The notes: generated by a model not told the origin, from the sequence alone. DNA of 64,000 bases from Promethearchaeia archaeon (GCA_029856125.1 JAHQWJ010000134.1:1605-65604), one strand, 5' to 3'. Counted from the first letter of the stretch, positions 48,416 to 58,682 are shown. Made by a program: numbers and translations.

Positions 48416-50243
48416 GAATAAAATTATCTCTGGATATATTTCATCCATAAATGGCTCTTTAATTGAAATAAAAGGCTTAGAAGATCAAGTCCGCCTTAAC
48501 GATTTAGTAAAGGAGTCTAATCATAAAATCTTAGGTGAAGTTATCCAAATTTATTCTGATCATGTTATAGCAAAGGTTTTTGAAAATACAAATAATTTAA
48601 AATTAAATGGAGAAATTATAAGTCTGCAAGAACCTTTGTCTATGGAATTAGGTCCTGGGTTATTAGGTCAAATTTTTGATGGGATTCAGAGACCGCTAGA
48701 AGCAACTTTTTTAGAATCTGACTCACGTGGGTTCTTAAATAGAGGGGTAGATATTCCATCATTATCCCGAAAGAAAAAGTGGATTTTTAAGCCTTTGAGA
48801 AAGGTCAATGAAAAAGTAAAAATGGGATATGTAATAGGAACAATTCAAGAAACTGAACTAATAAAGCATAAAATTATGGTTCCTATAGGAGTTTCTGGAA
48901 AAATCACATATATTGCTGAAGAAGGAGAATATTCAATAATTGATGAGATTTACCGCTTAAAAAGGGGAAAAGATGAAAAATCCTTTAATATGATCCAAAA
49001 GTGGCCAATTACAAAGCATAGACCTTACAAAGAACGAGGTTATCCTCAAGAACCATTGATTACTGGAATGAGAGCAATAGATTTATTATTCCCTATAGTA
49101 AAGGGTGGAACGGTAGCTGTTCCTGGGGGGTTTGGAACTGGGAAGACCGTTATCCAACAGTCTCTTGCAAAATGGTGTAATGCCGATGTGATTGTGTTCG
49201 TGGGTTGCGGAGAACGAGGAAACGAGATAGCTGATGTTTTGAAACAATTTTCTGAAATTAGAGATCCTAAAACTGGTCGCTCGCTTCTTGAAAGAATCGT
49301 GATAATAGCTAATACCTCTAATATGCCTGTTTCTGCTCGGGAAGCTAGTATTTTCTCAGGGGTTACAATAGGAGAGTATTATCGAGATATGGGTTATGAT
49401 GTAGCAGTTTTAGCTGATAGCACTTCAAGATGGGCAGAATCTTTGCGGGAAATTTCCGGACTATTAGAAGAAATGCCCGCCGAAGAGGGATATCCTGCGT
49501 ATTTACCCTCAAAAATTTCGAGCTTCTACGAAAGAGCAGGTGTAGTTAATGTATACGGTGAGGAAGACGTTGGAAAGAAAAATTATGGGTCTTTAACTAT
49601 TATTGGATCTGTATCACCCCCGTCTGGAGATTTTAGTGAACCTGTAACATCAACTACAAAGCGTTTTGTTCAAGCTTTTTGGGCTTTAGATGCGAGTTTA
49701 GCTTATTCTAAACATTATCCCGCAATAAATTGGTTAAAATCATACTCAAAATATCCCGAATTTATATCAGATTGGTGGTATGAAAGAGATATTTATTGGC
49801 CTGAGATAGACATTGATTGGTATGAATGTAGAAATCAGATAAATATCATACTATCTCAAGAAAATGAATTGAAAAATGTTGTTCAATTAGTAGGCGAAGA
49901 AAATTTACCTAAAAATCAACAATTTATCCTTTTTATTGCAAGACTAGTCAGAAACAGTTTTTTAATTCAAAATGCTTTTGATCTTACAGATTGTTTTACA
50001 GGAATTAAAAAATTAATTGGAAGTGTGAAACTTATTTTACTTCTTTTTAACGAGGGTAAACAACTTCTAAATAGAGGATTTCTAATTGAAGATATAAAAG
50101 ATTTGAAAGTTATAAATGAGATTCTAAGGATTGGGCGCTCAGTTTCTAACGATGATTTTAAGGCTTTAGAGAGGTTAAAAAAGAAACTGATCAATGAAAT
50201 AGAATCTTTAAAATTACTTCATGGAGTATTTAAGAGAAAATGA
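48402..50243 (+). CDS. atpA: A/V-type ATPase catalytic subunit A
   Basis: 613 aa. Motifs [17 protein letters not shown]-loop [30 protein letters not shown] and [28 protein letters not shown]. Confidence 0.95.
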   Translation: MNESENKIISGYISSINGSLIEIKGLEDQVRLNDLVKESNHKILGEVIQIYSDHVIAKVFENTNNLKLNGEIISLQEPLSMELGPGLLGQIFDGIQRPLEATFLESDSRGFLNRGVDIPSLSRKKKWIFKPLRKVNEKVKMGYVIGTIQETELIKHKIMVPIGVSGKITYIAEEGEYSIIDEIYRLKRGKDEKSFNMIQKWPITKHRPYKERGYPQEPLITGMRAIDLLFPIVKGGTVAVPGGFGTGKTVIQQSLAKWCNADVIVFVGCGERGNEIADVLKQFSEIRDPKTGRSLLERIVIIANTSNMPVSAREASIFSGVTIGEYYRDMGYDVAVLADSTSRWAESLREISGLLEEMPAEEGYPAYLPSKISSFYERAGVVNVYGEEDVGKKNYGSLTIIGSVSPPSGDFSEPVTSTTKRFVQAFWALDASLAYSKHYPAINWLKSYSKYPEFISDWWYERDIYWPEIDIDWYECRNQINIILSQENELKNVVQLVGEENLPKNQQFILFIARLVRNSFLIQNAFDLTDCFTGIKKLIGSVKLILLLFNEGKQLLNRGFLIEDIKDLKVINEILRIGRSVSNDDFKALERLKKKLINEIESLKLLHGVFKRK

Positions 50244-51631
50244 GCGTTATATATCGAAAAATAAAAAAAATTATTGGCCCTTTAGTGTTCTTAGATAATA
50301 AACACGACGTCCAATACGGTGAGATCGTTAAAATCCATTCAAATGATGGTAAGGTGCGAACGGGGCAAGTTATTAAAATGGACGAAAGTACCATAACAAT
50401 TGAAGTGTTTGAAGAAACAGCTGGGTTATCATCAGAAAACTCTACAATAAGGTTTACCGAAAATTCCTTTAAAATTAAAATATCTAGCGATATGTTTGGC
50501 AGAGTATTTAATTCATTAGGAAAACCGATTGACATTAACACTAAACAAGTATTAGATACGGAAATATTAACTGAAATCGAAAGAGACATAAATGGTTTAC
50601 CAATTAATCCATATGCTAGAGAGTACCCATCAGAAGTCATTCAAACGGGAATATCGGTAATAGATGGTCTCTTTACATTGATAAGAGGCCAAAAACTTCC
50701 TATTTTCAGTAGTCAAGGAATGCCACACAATTTATTAGCTGCACAAATTGTTACCCAAGCAAAAGTATTAACTGAGGAACCTTTTCTTATAATTTTTTGC
50801 GGTATTGGGATTATTCAAGATGAAGCGATTTTCTTTATGAAGAAATTTCAAGAAAGTGGTAACATCCAGAATATAATTTCTTTTATCAATTTTGCTGACG
50901 ATCCGATAATGGAACGATTAATTGTGCCCCGTGTGGCCTTAACTACAGCTGAATATTTTGCTTTCGAAAAAGAAATGCATGTTCTAGTTATTTTGATTGA
51001 CATGACTAATTACGCAGAGGCATTGAGAGAACTAAGTTCTGCTAAAAAAGAAATACCAAGCAGAAAAGGATATCCCGGGTACTTATACACAGATTTTGCC
51101 TCAATATATGAAAGGACGGGCAAAATTAAAGGTAAAAAGGGAACGATAACGCAATTACCGATTTTAACAATGCCAGGAGAAGATATCTCTCATCCAATTC
51201 CGGATACTACTGGCTATATAACTGAAGGACAATTGGTTTTAAATCGTAGTATAGATAAAAAAGGCATATATCCCCCGTTTGAGGTTTTAGCGTCAATTTC
51301 ACGTTTAATGAAGGATGCTATTGGTGAAAAGACGACGAGAGAAGATCATGCAGATGTAAGCTCTCAATTGTTATCTTCTTACTCCTCGGCTCTTGAAATT
51401 AGAGATCTTATATCTATAGTGGGAGAAGATGGTTTAAATTTTAATCAAAAAGCCCTATTGAAATTTGGAGAAGCATTTGAAATGTCATTTTTAAATCAAA
51501 GCCATACCGAAAACAGAGACATTAAAACAACATTAGATTTAGCTTGGAAAGCATTATCTCATATTCCAAGGCATCAGCTATTGAGAATTCGTCAAGAATT
51601 TATCGATAAGTACTATGTTGGAGAGGTGTAG
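50240..51631 (+). CDS. atpB: A/V-type ATPase subunit B
   Basis: 463 aa. Typical B-subunit pattern ([17 protein letters not shown], degenerate P-loop; [11 protein letters not shown]; [12 protein letters not shown]). 4-nt overlap with atpA. Confidence 0.95.
   Translation: MSVIYRKIKKIIGPLVFLDNKHDVQYGEIVKIHSNDGKVRTGQVIKMDESTITIEVFEETAGLSSENSTIRFTENSFKIKISSDMFGRVFNSLGKPIDINTKQVLDTEILTEIERDINGLPINPYAREYPSEVIQTGISVIDGLFTLIRGQKLPIFSSQGMPHNLLAAQIVTQAKVLTEEPFLIIFCGIGIIQDEAIFFMKKFQESGNIQNIISFINFADDPIMERLIVPRVALTTAEYFAFEKEMHVLVILIDMTNYAEALRELSSAKKEIPSRKGYPGYLYTDFASIYERTGKIKGKKGTITQLPILTMPGEDISHPIPDTTGYITEGQLVLNRSIDKKGIYPPFEVLASISRLMKDAIGEKTTREDHADVSSQLLSSYSSALEIRDLISIVGEDGLNFNQKALLKFGEAFEMSFLNQSHTENRDIKTTLDLAWKALSHIPRHQLLRIRQEFIDKYYVGEV
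51623..51628 (+). promoter_or_regulatory. Shine-Dalgarno-like GAGGTG at the end of atpB, upstream of atpD
   Basis: GAGGTG, then the atpB stop codon TAG, then ATT at 51632. Confidence 0.4.
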
Positions 51632-52276
51632 ATTAAAGCGTCATTTCGTGAATTTAGACCTACTAAAACCAATTTACTTGCGTTAAAGAAAAGGTTAACC
51701 TTCGCTGTTAAGGGGGAAAACTTCTTAAAATTTAAATTGGAACAGATAATATATGAACTTAAAGAGAATTGGGTTGAATACGTAAAAAATCGCGATATTT
51801 TCATCGATTTATATAAAGAAACTATGATCAAGCTTAACCAAACCTATAAAGAAATGGGAAAAAGAGATTTTATCCTAATTAGCAGTTTAAGCAAGATTCA
51901 GTTTCAACCAAAGATAGATATAAAGTATATTAAAAAAATAGGCTCGTTAATTCCGTTAATTGAATATAAATTGATAAGAGAAGAATTACTACCTGCCTAT
52001 TCATTTGAGAATACAAGCCATTATTTAGATGATTTAATAACAATTTTAATAAAATTTTTTAATCAAATAATCGTTTTTGCTATGCTAGAAGATGTAATGC
52101 TAAATATCTCTTATTCTTATCGAAAAATAAATCGGAGGATTAGAGGTTTGAAAAATATAATAATCCCCGATTTACAACTCGATATAAAAAAAATAAAAGG
52201 GATATTAGAAGAAAACGAAAGAGAAAATTACGTTAGATTAAAAAATACAAAAGACTTAATAACAAAAGAAGTTTAA
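51632..52276 (+). CDS. atpD: A/V-type ATPase central-stalk subunit D; start upstream of annotated TTG 51737, probably ATT 51632
   Basis: Codons 51632-51736 encode IKASFREFRPTKTNLLALKKRLTFAVKGENFLKFK. This is the conserved subunit-D N-terminus (PT..eLl.lK.rl..A.kG..LLK pattern). The extended length of 214 aa is typical. Confidence 0.85.
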   Translation: MKASFREFRPTKTNLLALKKRLTFAVKGENFLKFKLEQIIYELKENWVEYVKNRDIFIDLYKETMIKLNQTYKEMGKRDFILISSLSKIQFQPKIDIKYIKKIGSLIPLIEYKLIREELLPAYSFENTSHYLDDLITILIKFFNQIIVFAMLEDVMLNISYSYRKINRRIRGLKNIIIPDLQLDIKKIKGILEENERENYVRLKNTKDLITKEV

Positions 52277-52293
52277 GTTAGTGAGATTTAACT

Positions 52294-54576
52294 ATGACAG
52301 AAAAAAGTGGTATGGTTTTGTTTAATATCAACATTAACCAAAATTATAAGGACATCCTTTTACAATATTTGGCTCAACTTAACTTAGTACACATCAAAAC
52401 TAAATCGGAGTTAGGCGAAAAATTTGAAAAAGACGATATGATTTTAGAAAAAATTAATATTCTAAGCCAAAGTTTAGAATCCTTATTTAAAAATCTTGAT
52501 ATTACTGAATCTGATTTCGAAAAAATAAAAATTAAACCAGATCAAAGGAAAAAATTTGAAGCAAAAGATGTTTATGATATATTAAGCCAATTAATAAATG
52601 AAATTAGCTATTACTCTCACCGAATTGATGAGCTAAAAAAGTATCGCACCTCAATTGAAGTAGAGCTAGAAAAAATAAATACGATACACGCGAGTTACCT
52701 TTTCTTAGAAAAATATAAATTAACCAGAGACAAATTAAAAGTATTCGACCATTTAGAATTTAAAGCTTTTACTACATTTTCAAAGAATTTAGAGAACATA
52801 GAGAATATATTCGAATTTTCTCATTTCCCAAATTTTCTTCATTACGATAATTTAGCTGACGATAGAATAGCATTTTTTATAATTTATCCAAAGAAACAGG
52901 AAGAAGAATTCAAAAACAGAATCCGCATAATTCACGCAGAGGAAATACCTATTCTAAAAAAATATTTACTTGCTAACGGAATAAACTTTCCTCGAATTAC
53001 AAAAGAAATAAAATTTGTTATAACATCTTTGAACAAGAATAATAAAGAGTTGGAAAGAATAAGGGATGATAATCTGCTTCTTTTTGCCGCCGCCTATGAA
53101 ATTGTTCAAAATCTAGAAGAATATAACTGGGTTTCACATCAATTCGAAGATTTACCTTTAAATCGAAATAGTTTGAGCTTTTACCTTCCTAGTGAGAAAA
53201 AAGAGGAAATTCGCCAAGGATTGGTGGAAAAATTTGAAGATCGAATAACCATTGAATCGATTGATATCAAAAAACATAAATTTGTAACATTAAAAGAAGA
53301 CAAAGATCATGTACATTCGGGTAAATTGAAAGAAAAAAAGGACGATACTGATTCTAAAGAGGAATCTACTGAGCACGAGGAGAAAGAAAAGGATTTAAGA
53401 GACAGTGCCCCTACTATTATGAGAAATAACTTCTTGGTTAGACCTTTTGAAACCATTACTAAAATGTATGGGGTTCCTACTTATTCTGAAATTGATCCTA
53501 CACCTTTGATAGCAATAACATTCCCAATTTTATTTGGCATAATGTTTGGGGATATGGGACATGGTTTAGTTTTAATTATATCAGGTTTTGTTGGTTGGTT
53601 AGTTTTTAGAAATAAAAAAGGGAAAGATTTTCTAAATTTTTGCTGGATCATTTTTTATTGCGGGTTTGGTGCTGTATTAATGGGATTTCTCTATGGTGAA
53701 TTCTTTGGCATGCACGAGATAAAGTTATTAAATACCGTTTTTATGCATTTAGAACCTGTCAATATTCCCATAGTAAATATTACTCTCAATAATCCATTAA
53801 ATAACATTATGACCGTTTTCAAGTTTGCCGTAATAATTGGAGTATTTCACCTTAATCTGGGTTGGTTTGTGCAATTTTTGAACTATTGGAATCAATCTAG
53901 GAAATTTTTAGGTTTTACCGATTCTTTAGTGAAAATAATGATATTGACTGGGGGAACTATTTTAATTTTTACTTATGGGTTTGATATATATACCTGGTTA
54001 GAACCGCCTTACCCCATTCTTCTGCCATTAGTTCCTGGTATATTATTAATTGTTTTAAAACCATTTGGTAAGATATTCCATTTATCTTATTTAAAAGAAG
54101 AGACGGTGGGAGGACTTATAGGTGAAGGCACTATGGAAGCGTTTGAAACTTTATTGTCAATCATGAGTAATGCGGCTTCTTATATAAGATTACTAGCTTT
54201 AGCCCTAGCACACATATCTCTAATGGTTGCAATTATAGCTATGGGTAATTTAGTTCAAGGTGAAGGTATTGTTAACGATATCGTTAATGTCGTGGGCTCT
54301 ATTTTTGGTAACATGCTTGTTATATTGCTTGAAGGATTATTAGTTTTTATAAATGCAATCAGACTTCATTTTTATGAATTTTTCTTTAAATTTTATCAAG
54401 GAAGTGGAGTGAATTATATTCCGTTCTACCTAAATGATAATTATTCTGTAATTCTTTTCGAGGTAACAAGCATCAAAGACGTAATATCCGAAGAAATTGA
54501 AAGAGAAATTGAATCAAAAGTCACACATGATGACATAATTGAGGCAGAAAAGTTAGTTTCTAAAAAATATTTTTAA
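52294..54576 (+). CDS. atpI: A/V-type ATPase subunit I (V-type a), membrane stator
   Basis: 760 aa. Soluble N-terminal half and multi-TM C-terminal half carrying the essential Arg motif (NAASYIRLLALALAH). Confidence 0.9.
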   Translation: MTEKSGMVLFNININQNYKDILLQYLAQLNLVHIKTKSELGEKFEKDDMILEKINILSQSLESLFKNLDITESDFEKIKIKPDQRKKFEAKDVYDILSQLINEISYYSHRIDELKKYRTSIEVELEKINTIHASYLFLEKYKLTRDKLKVFDHLEFKAFTTFSKNLENIENIFEFSHFPNFLHYDNLADDRIAFFIIYPKKQEEEFKNRIRIIHAEEIPILKKYLLANGINFPRITKEIKFVITSLNKNNKELERIRDDNLLLFAAAYEIVQNLEEYNWVSHQFEDLPLNRNSLSFYLPSEKKEEIRQGLVEKFEDRITIESIDIKKHKFVTLKEDKDHVHSGKLKEKKDDTDSKEESTEHEEKEKDLRDSAPTIMRNNFLVRPFETITKMYGVPTYSEIDPTPLIAITFPILFGIMFGDMGHGLVLIISGFVGWLVFRNKKGKDFLNFCWIIFYCGFGAVLMGFLYGEFFGMHEIKLLNTVFMHLEPVNIPIVNITLNNPLNNIMTVFKFAVIIGVFHLNLGWFVQFLNYWNQSRKFLGFTDSLVKIMILTGGTILIFTYGFDIYTWLEPPYPILLPLVPGILLIVLKPFGKIFHLSYLKEETVGGLIGEGTMEAFETLLSIMSNAASYIRLLALALAHISLMVAIIAMGNLVQGEGIVNDIVNVVGSIFGNMLVILLEGLLVFINAIRLHFYEFFFKFYQGSGVNYIPFYLNDNYSVILFEVTSIKDVISEEIEREIESKVTHDDIIEAEKLVSKKYF

Positions 54577-54598
54577 TTATAAACTTTAGTTCCAAATA

Positions 54599-55144
54599 TT
54601 GAAAGAAATAGCTATCAAAATGGCAGAAAAAAACATTTATAAAAAAAAAAAAGACAGGAAATTTCTTAGAATCCTAATAATAATCATATTTCTGCCTCTA
54701 ATGATCTTTTTCTATTTTTTTTTAGTTAACCTCGGGATTAACCCATTCCTAGTAATCTTAATGCTAGCTTTTGCATCTTTAATCTTTACAGGTTCTTTTT
54801 TCATGAAGAAAAGAAAGAGATCAATTTATTCCGAATTATTTCCCGACAAAAAACGGAATAGGATTCAACGCCCCCCCCGAAAAATAGAATTGAAAATACA
54901 AGCTGAGTCAGAGGTTTTTGAAAAACCAAAATTTCGAGACGTTAACCTTGATTTTAAATATCGAAAAACTCTCATTAATAAATGCGAAAATTGTGGAATG
55001 ATAATAACAAGTTATAAAAAACATTGCCCTATATGCGGCAATTCTATAGAACTAAAAGAACTTATTAAGAAATGTAGTAGTTGTGGGATGACTATTCCAA
55101 AATCTACGAAAAAGTGCCCTATTTGTGGGACAAGAACAATATAA
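54599..55144 (+). CDS. membrane protein with two TM helices and a C-terminal double zinc-ribbon
   Basis: 181 aa (TTG start; alternative ATG at 54620). Two hydrophobic helices, then CENCG..(11)..CPICG and CSSCG..(11)..CPICG. Confidence 0.6.
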   Translation: MKEIAIKMAEKNIYKKKKDRKFLRILIIIIFLPLMIFFYFFLVNLGINPFLVILMLAFASLIFTGSFFMKKRKRSIYSELFPDKKRNRIQRPPRKIELKIQAESEVFEKPKFRDVNLDFKYRKTLINKCENCGMIITSYKKHCPICGNSIELKELIKKCSSCGMTIPKSTKKCPICGTRTI

Positions 55145-55182
55145 TTCAGAGAAAAATTCCCTAGTAAAAGGTAAAAAATAAA

Positions 55183-57027
55183 ATGATTGTAGAAAGTAAA
55201 GAATCTCAAGAAGGGTTTATATCTGCTGTTAATGGGTCACTAGTGGAAATCAAAGGCTTGGAGAATTACGTTCGTCTTAACGATCTAATTAAAATAAGCA
55301 ATCATAACTTCCTATGTCAAGTAATTCAAATTTATTCAGACCGGATAATAGCTCAATCCTTTGAAAATACGAATAGTATAAAATTGAACGAAAAAGTTAT
55401 CAACCTTCACGAACCCTTATCAATGGAACTAGGACCTGGGCTATTAGCAAATGTTTTTGATGGGATACAAAGACCATTGGACATTACTTTTGATTTCTTT
55501 CAAGAAGGAAGATTAAATAAAGGACTTGAATTTCCTTCTCTTTCAAGGACTAAAAAGTGGCATTTTATCCCCAGTAGAAAGGAAAAAAATACTGTTCTCA
55601 GTGGTGATGAGATTGGAACAGTTCAAGAAACTGTAATGTTAAAACACAGAATTATGGTACCACCTGGTTTTTCAGGAAGTATATCTTACATTGCCGAAGA
55701 AGGGGATTATACAATAGTTGATGATATATACAGCTTGAAAAATGATACTGAAGAAAAAACTTTTTGTATGTTGCAAAAATGGCCAGTAACCGAGAGAAAG
55801 CCTTTCAGCGAAAAAGTACAACCAAGAGAGCCCCTTCTGACTGGCGTTCGTACAATAGATTTGTTATTTCCTGTAGCTAAAGGCGGAACTTTTGCAGTGC
55901 CTGGAGGTTTTGGAACTGGAAAAACTATTATCCAGCAAAACATAGCTAAGTATTGCAGCGCGGATTTAATTGTGTTTATCGGTTGCGGAGAACCAGGCAA
56001 TGAGATAGCTAACTTTCTAAAACAGTTTACTGAAACAATAGACCCTGCTACTGGAAGGCCGTTATTGGACCGTATAGTCTTAATCGTGAATACATCTAAT
56101 ATGCCCGTATCTGCTCGTGAAGCAAGTTTATTCTCGGGAATTACAATTGCTGAATATTACAGAGATATGGGATACGATGTCGCGGTTATAGCAGATAGCA
56201 TTTCAAGATGGGCTGAATCGTTAAGAGAGATTTCCGGGCTATTAGAAGAAATGCCTGCCGAAGAAGGCTACCCCGCATATTTACCATCTAAATTATCAAG
56301 TTTTTATGAAAGAGCTGGTATTGTGGCAACTTTAGGACGCGATCCTAATGGTAAAACTAGAAAAGGATCAATAACGATAATTGGTTCAATCTCTCCTCCA
56401 GCAGGAGATTTTAGTGAACCGGTAACTTCCGCTACTAAACGAGTTGTTCAAGGAATATGGGCACTCGATCCTAAAATGGCGTATTTAAAGCATTATCCCG
56501 CCATTAGTTGGATTAATTCTTATTCAAATTACCCTGAATATGTAGCAGATTGGTGGGAAGAAATTGATAAAGAATGGCCTGATATAAAATTAAACTGGTT
56601 TGAGTGTAGAAAACAAGTAAATGAAATATTAGCAAAGGAAAACGACCTAAAATACATAATACAGCTTCTAGGACAAAAAAGCTTAGCTGAAGATCAAAAA
56701 TTAGAACTCTATATAGCCAATCTAATAAGAAATGCTTTTTTTATTCAAAATGCTTTTAACGAAGTTGATAATTTTACGAGCAGCAGGAAAATGTTAGGAC
56801 TTATTAAGATTATACTTCTCTTATATAATGAGAGTAAAACACTACTAAAGCAAGGTTTTGTAATAGACGAGAAAAAATGCGATGATATCCTTAACGAGAT
56901 TATGAGGATTAGCCACTATGTTCCTAATAATAATTTTAGCCCGATCGAAAAACTTAAGGATGGAATACTAAATAAAACAGTAAATTTAGTCTATAATATT
57001 CATCGAAAGCAAGGATTATCCAAATAG
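55183..57027 (+). CDS. second, diverged A/V-type ATPase A-subunit paralog (GEPGNE instead of GERGNE)
   Basis: 614 aa, collinear with the first A subunit and roughly two-thirds identical by eye. The P-loop PGGFGTGKT and [28 protein letters not shown] are retained. The Arg of the GER motif is replaced by Pro (CCA, 55993-55995). Confidence 0.9.
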   Translation: MIVESKESQEGFISAVNGSLVEIKGLENYVRLNDLIKISNHNFLCQVIQIYSDRIIAQSFENTNSIKLNEKVINLHEPLSMELGPGLLANVFDGIQRPLDITFDFFQEGRLNKGLEFPSLSRTKKWHFIPSRKEKNTVLSGDEIGTVQETVMLKHRIMVPPGFSGSISYIAEEGDYTIVDDIYSLKNDTEEKTFCMLQKWPVTERKPFSEKVQPREPLLTGVRTIDLLFPVAKGGTFAVPGGFGTGKTIIQQNIAKYCSADLIVFIGCGEPGNEIANFLKQFTETIDPATGRPLLDRIVLIVNTSNMPVSAREASLFSGITIAEYYRDMGYDVAVIADSISRWAESLREISGLLEEMPAEEGYPAYLPSKLSSFYERAGIVATLGRDPNGKTRKGSITIIGSISPPAGDFSEPVTSATKRVVQGIWALDPKMAYLKHYPAISWINSYSNYPEYVADWWEEIDKEWPDIKLNWFECRKQVNEILAKENDLKYIIQLLGQKSLAEDQKLELYIANLIRNAFFIQNAFNEVDNFTSSRKMLGLIKIILLLYNESKTLLKQGFVIDEKKCDDILNEIMRISHYVPNNNFSPIEKLKDGILNKTVNLVYNIHRKQGLSK

Positions 57028-57046
57028 GTTTCTTTAAATTCTTAAT

Positions 57047-57649
57047 TTAAGGTTTGAACCATTCAAAGAAGTAGTAACTCATTGTTAGCGGATTAGCAAT
57101 CACAAATTTCTTCCGAACTGATGTAGCTAATCTTCCCGCTCGAACCATATCAATCGCAGTTATTTTTGCATTTTGTGGCAATACATGAGCGATAAATGGT
57201 GAATGTTCTAATCCCGGACCTTTTTTATATACCACAAAATCGGCTCCAAACTTAAGTCCTGGACGAGGAATATAGCCTTTTTGTCGTAAATCTTGGTAAA
57301 TTATGAATTTTTCTTCAAATTTATGGTGCATTTTTTTACAGATATCATAAAATTCGTCATGAGAGTAAAATTTATCTAATTTTGGGTCAAAGATTGTAAT
57401 TTTATCATTTTTCAGCAGAAATAGCGCTTCGATTAAGGATAGCTCAGAAGGTTTAGAAAAATACTCCAAACGGGGTTTACTTATCCCCAGAGGAGACCCA
57501 AAAAAATTCATTTTAACATACAAATATGATGCAAAGAGAGGGTTAAAAACGATTACACGGTTGTTTAAATACTTTGTTGGTATTCTTTCTGGGATGTCCT
57601 TTTCATCAATGTCTTCTAGTGAAATAGGGGGTTCTTTTTCGTCAGTCAT
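57047..57649 (-). CDS. endA: tRNA-splicing endonuclease
   Basis: 200 aa. C-terminal catalytic domain pattern (RPGLKFGADFVVYKKGPGLEHSPFIAHV ... RLATSVRKKFVIA). Confidence 0.85.
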   Translation of the reverse strand: MTDEKEPPISLEDIDEKDIPERIPTKYLNNRVIVFNPLFASYLYVKMNFFGSPLGISKPRLEYFSKPSELSLIEALFLLKNDKITIFDPKLDKFYSHDEFYDICKKMHHKFEEKFIIYQDLRQKGYIPRPGLKFGADFVVYKKGPGLEHSPFIAHVLPQNAKITAIDMVRAGRLATSVRKKFVIANPLTMSYYFFEWFKP

Positions 57650-57747
57650 CTAATAAGATTTATTAAAAATAATTTAATAATTCTTTCAATTTGCTTTCCA
57701 CCAGATGAAAGTATATAAATTTTTAAATAAATGTTATTTATAACAAG

Positions 57748-58638
57748 GTGAGAAAATTGGGAATAAGAAAAGCATCACACGCAGGAAGTTGGTACCCTAA
57801 AAATCGTGAAGATTTAATAAGGGATTTGGAATATAATTTTTCTGAAAGTGAATTTGGGCCCGGTTTGTTACCTGAAACATTAAATCTAGATACAAGAACA
57901 ATAATTGGTGGAGTTTCTCCTCACGCGGGATACGCCTTTTCTGGAAGATGTGCAGCTTATACTTACTTGAATCTCTTTAAAGAAAAAATCCCAGATACTG
58001 TTATTGTTTTGGGAACTGACCATGTTGGCTATGGAAAAGTGGCTCTATTAGGAGATGGCGCTTGGGAAACGCCTTTAGGGAACTTACTAATTGACGACGA
58101 ATTATCTAAAAAGATTTTAGATACCAGTGATATTATTGTAGAAGATCGTTCTGCTTTCACCGACTTCATGGAACAGGAACATAATATTGAAATACAATTA
58201 CCTTTCATTAAATATTGTGCTAAAGAGAAAGATGTAAAAATAGTAACGCTAAAAATTGGAATTAGAAGGGATTATGGCGTATTTGAAAAAATAGCCTCTG
58301 ATATTTCTGCATCAATCAAAGCGGTAAATAAAGATATTGTTATCGTAGCATCGTCTGATATGTCACATAAAGAGGTTTTTGATGCAAATCAATTAAGTGA
58401 GTTTAAGAAATTTGATCAAGATGTTATTGATGCTTTTGTAGAATTAAACCCTAAAAAAACTCTTTCAGCTGCTTCAAAGACAACCGTATGCGGAGCCCAA
58501 ACAATAACGACTTTAATGTTAATTTGTGAAAAATTAAACGCTACTAAAGGTGAATTATTAAAATATTATACTAGTAGCGATATTAAGGGCGGATATGGAT
58601 ATTGTGTTGGTTATTTTTCGGGGATTATTCAAAAATAA
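57748..58638 (+). CDS. MEMO1 / AmmeMemoRadiSam system protein B family
   Basis: 296 aa with a GTG start. Motifs ASHAGSWYP, SPHAGYAFSG, LGTDH and SSDMSH. Confidence 0.8.
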   Translation: MRKLGIRKASHAGSWYPKNREDLIRDLEYNFSESEFGPGLLPETLNLDTRTIIGGVSPHAGYAFSGRCAAYTYLNLFKEKIPDTVIVLGTDHVGYGKVALLGDGAWETPLGNLLIDDELSKKILDTSDIIVEDRSAFTDFMEQEHNIEIQLPFIKYCAKEKDVKIVTLKIGIRRDYGVFEKIASDISASIKAVNKDIVIVASSDMSHKEVFDANQLSEFKKFDQDVIDAFVELNPKKTLSAASKTTVCGAQTITTLMLICEKLNATKGELLKYYTSSDIKGGYGYCVGYFSGIIQK

Positions 58639-58682
58639 AGCAAAATAAAAAACCTAAAATTAAAGAAAAAATATTGAGAAAT

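Noticed and set aside
51626-51634. The atpB TAG stop followed in frame by atpD sequence might signal stop-codon read-through or pyrrolysine recoding, giving a B-D fusion protein.
   Set aside because: B and D are separate polypeptides in all known A/V-ATPases. A GAGGTG SD-like site precedes the junction. TAG also terminates the 39418-40776 CDS at a plausible protein end. AUU initiation is the simpler explanation. I kept it as an alternative inside the atpD finding.
48402-57027. Inteins in the two A-subunit genes, as found in some archaeal atpA genes.
   Set aside because: Both products are collinear with ordinary A subunits (613 and 614 aa). Neither has an insertion of several hundred residues or intein block motifs.
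58602-58682. The track start (58602) of the coiled-coil ORF overlaps the Memo-family gene by 37 nt.
   Set aside because: The first 27 codons (MCWLFFGDYSKIKQNKKPKIKEKILRN) lie largely within the Memo coding end and do not resemble the rest of the protein. The ATG at 58683 is the more plausible start.
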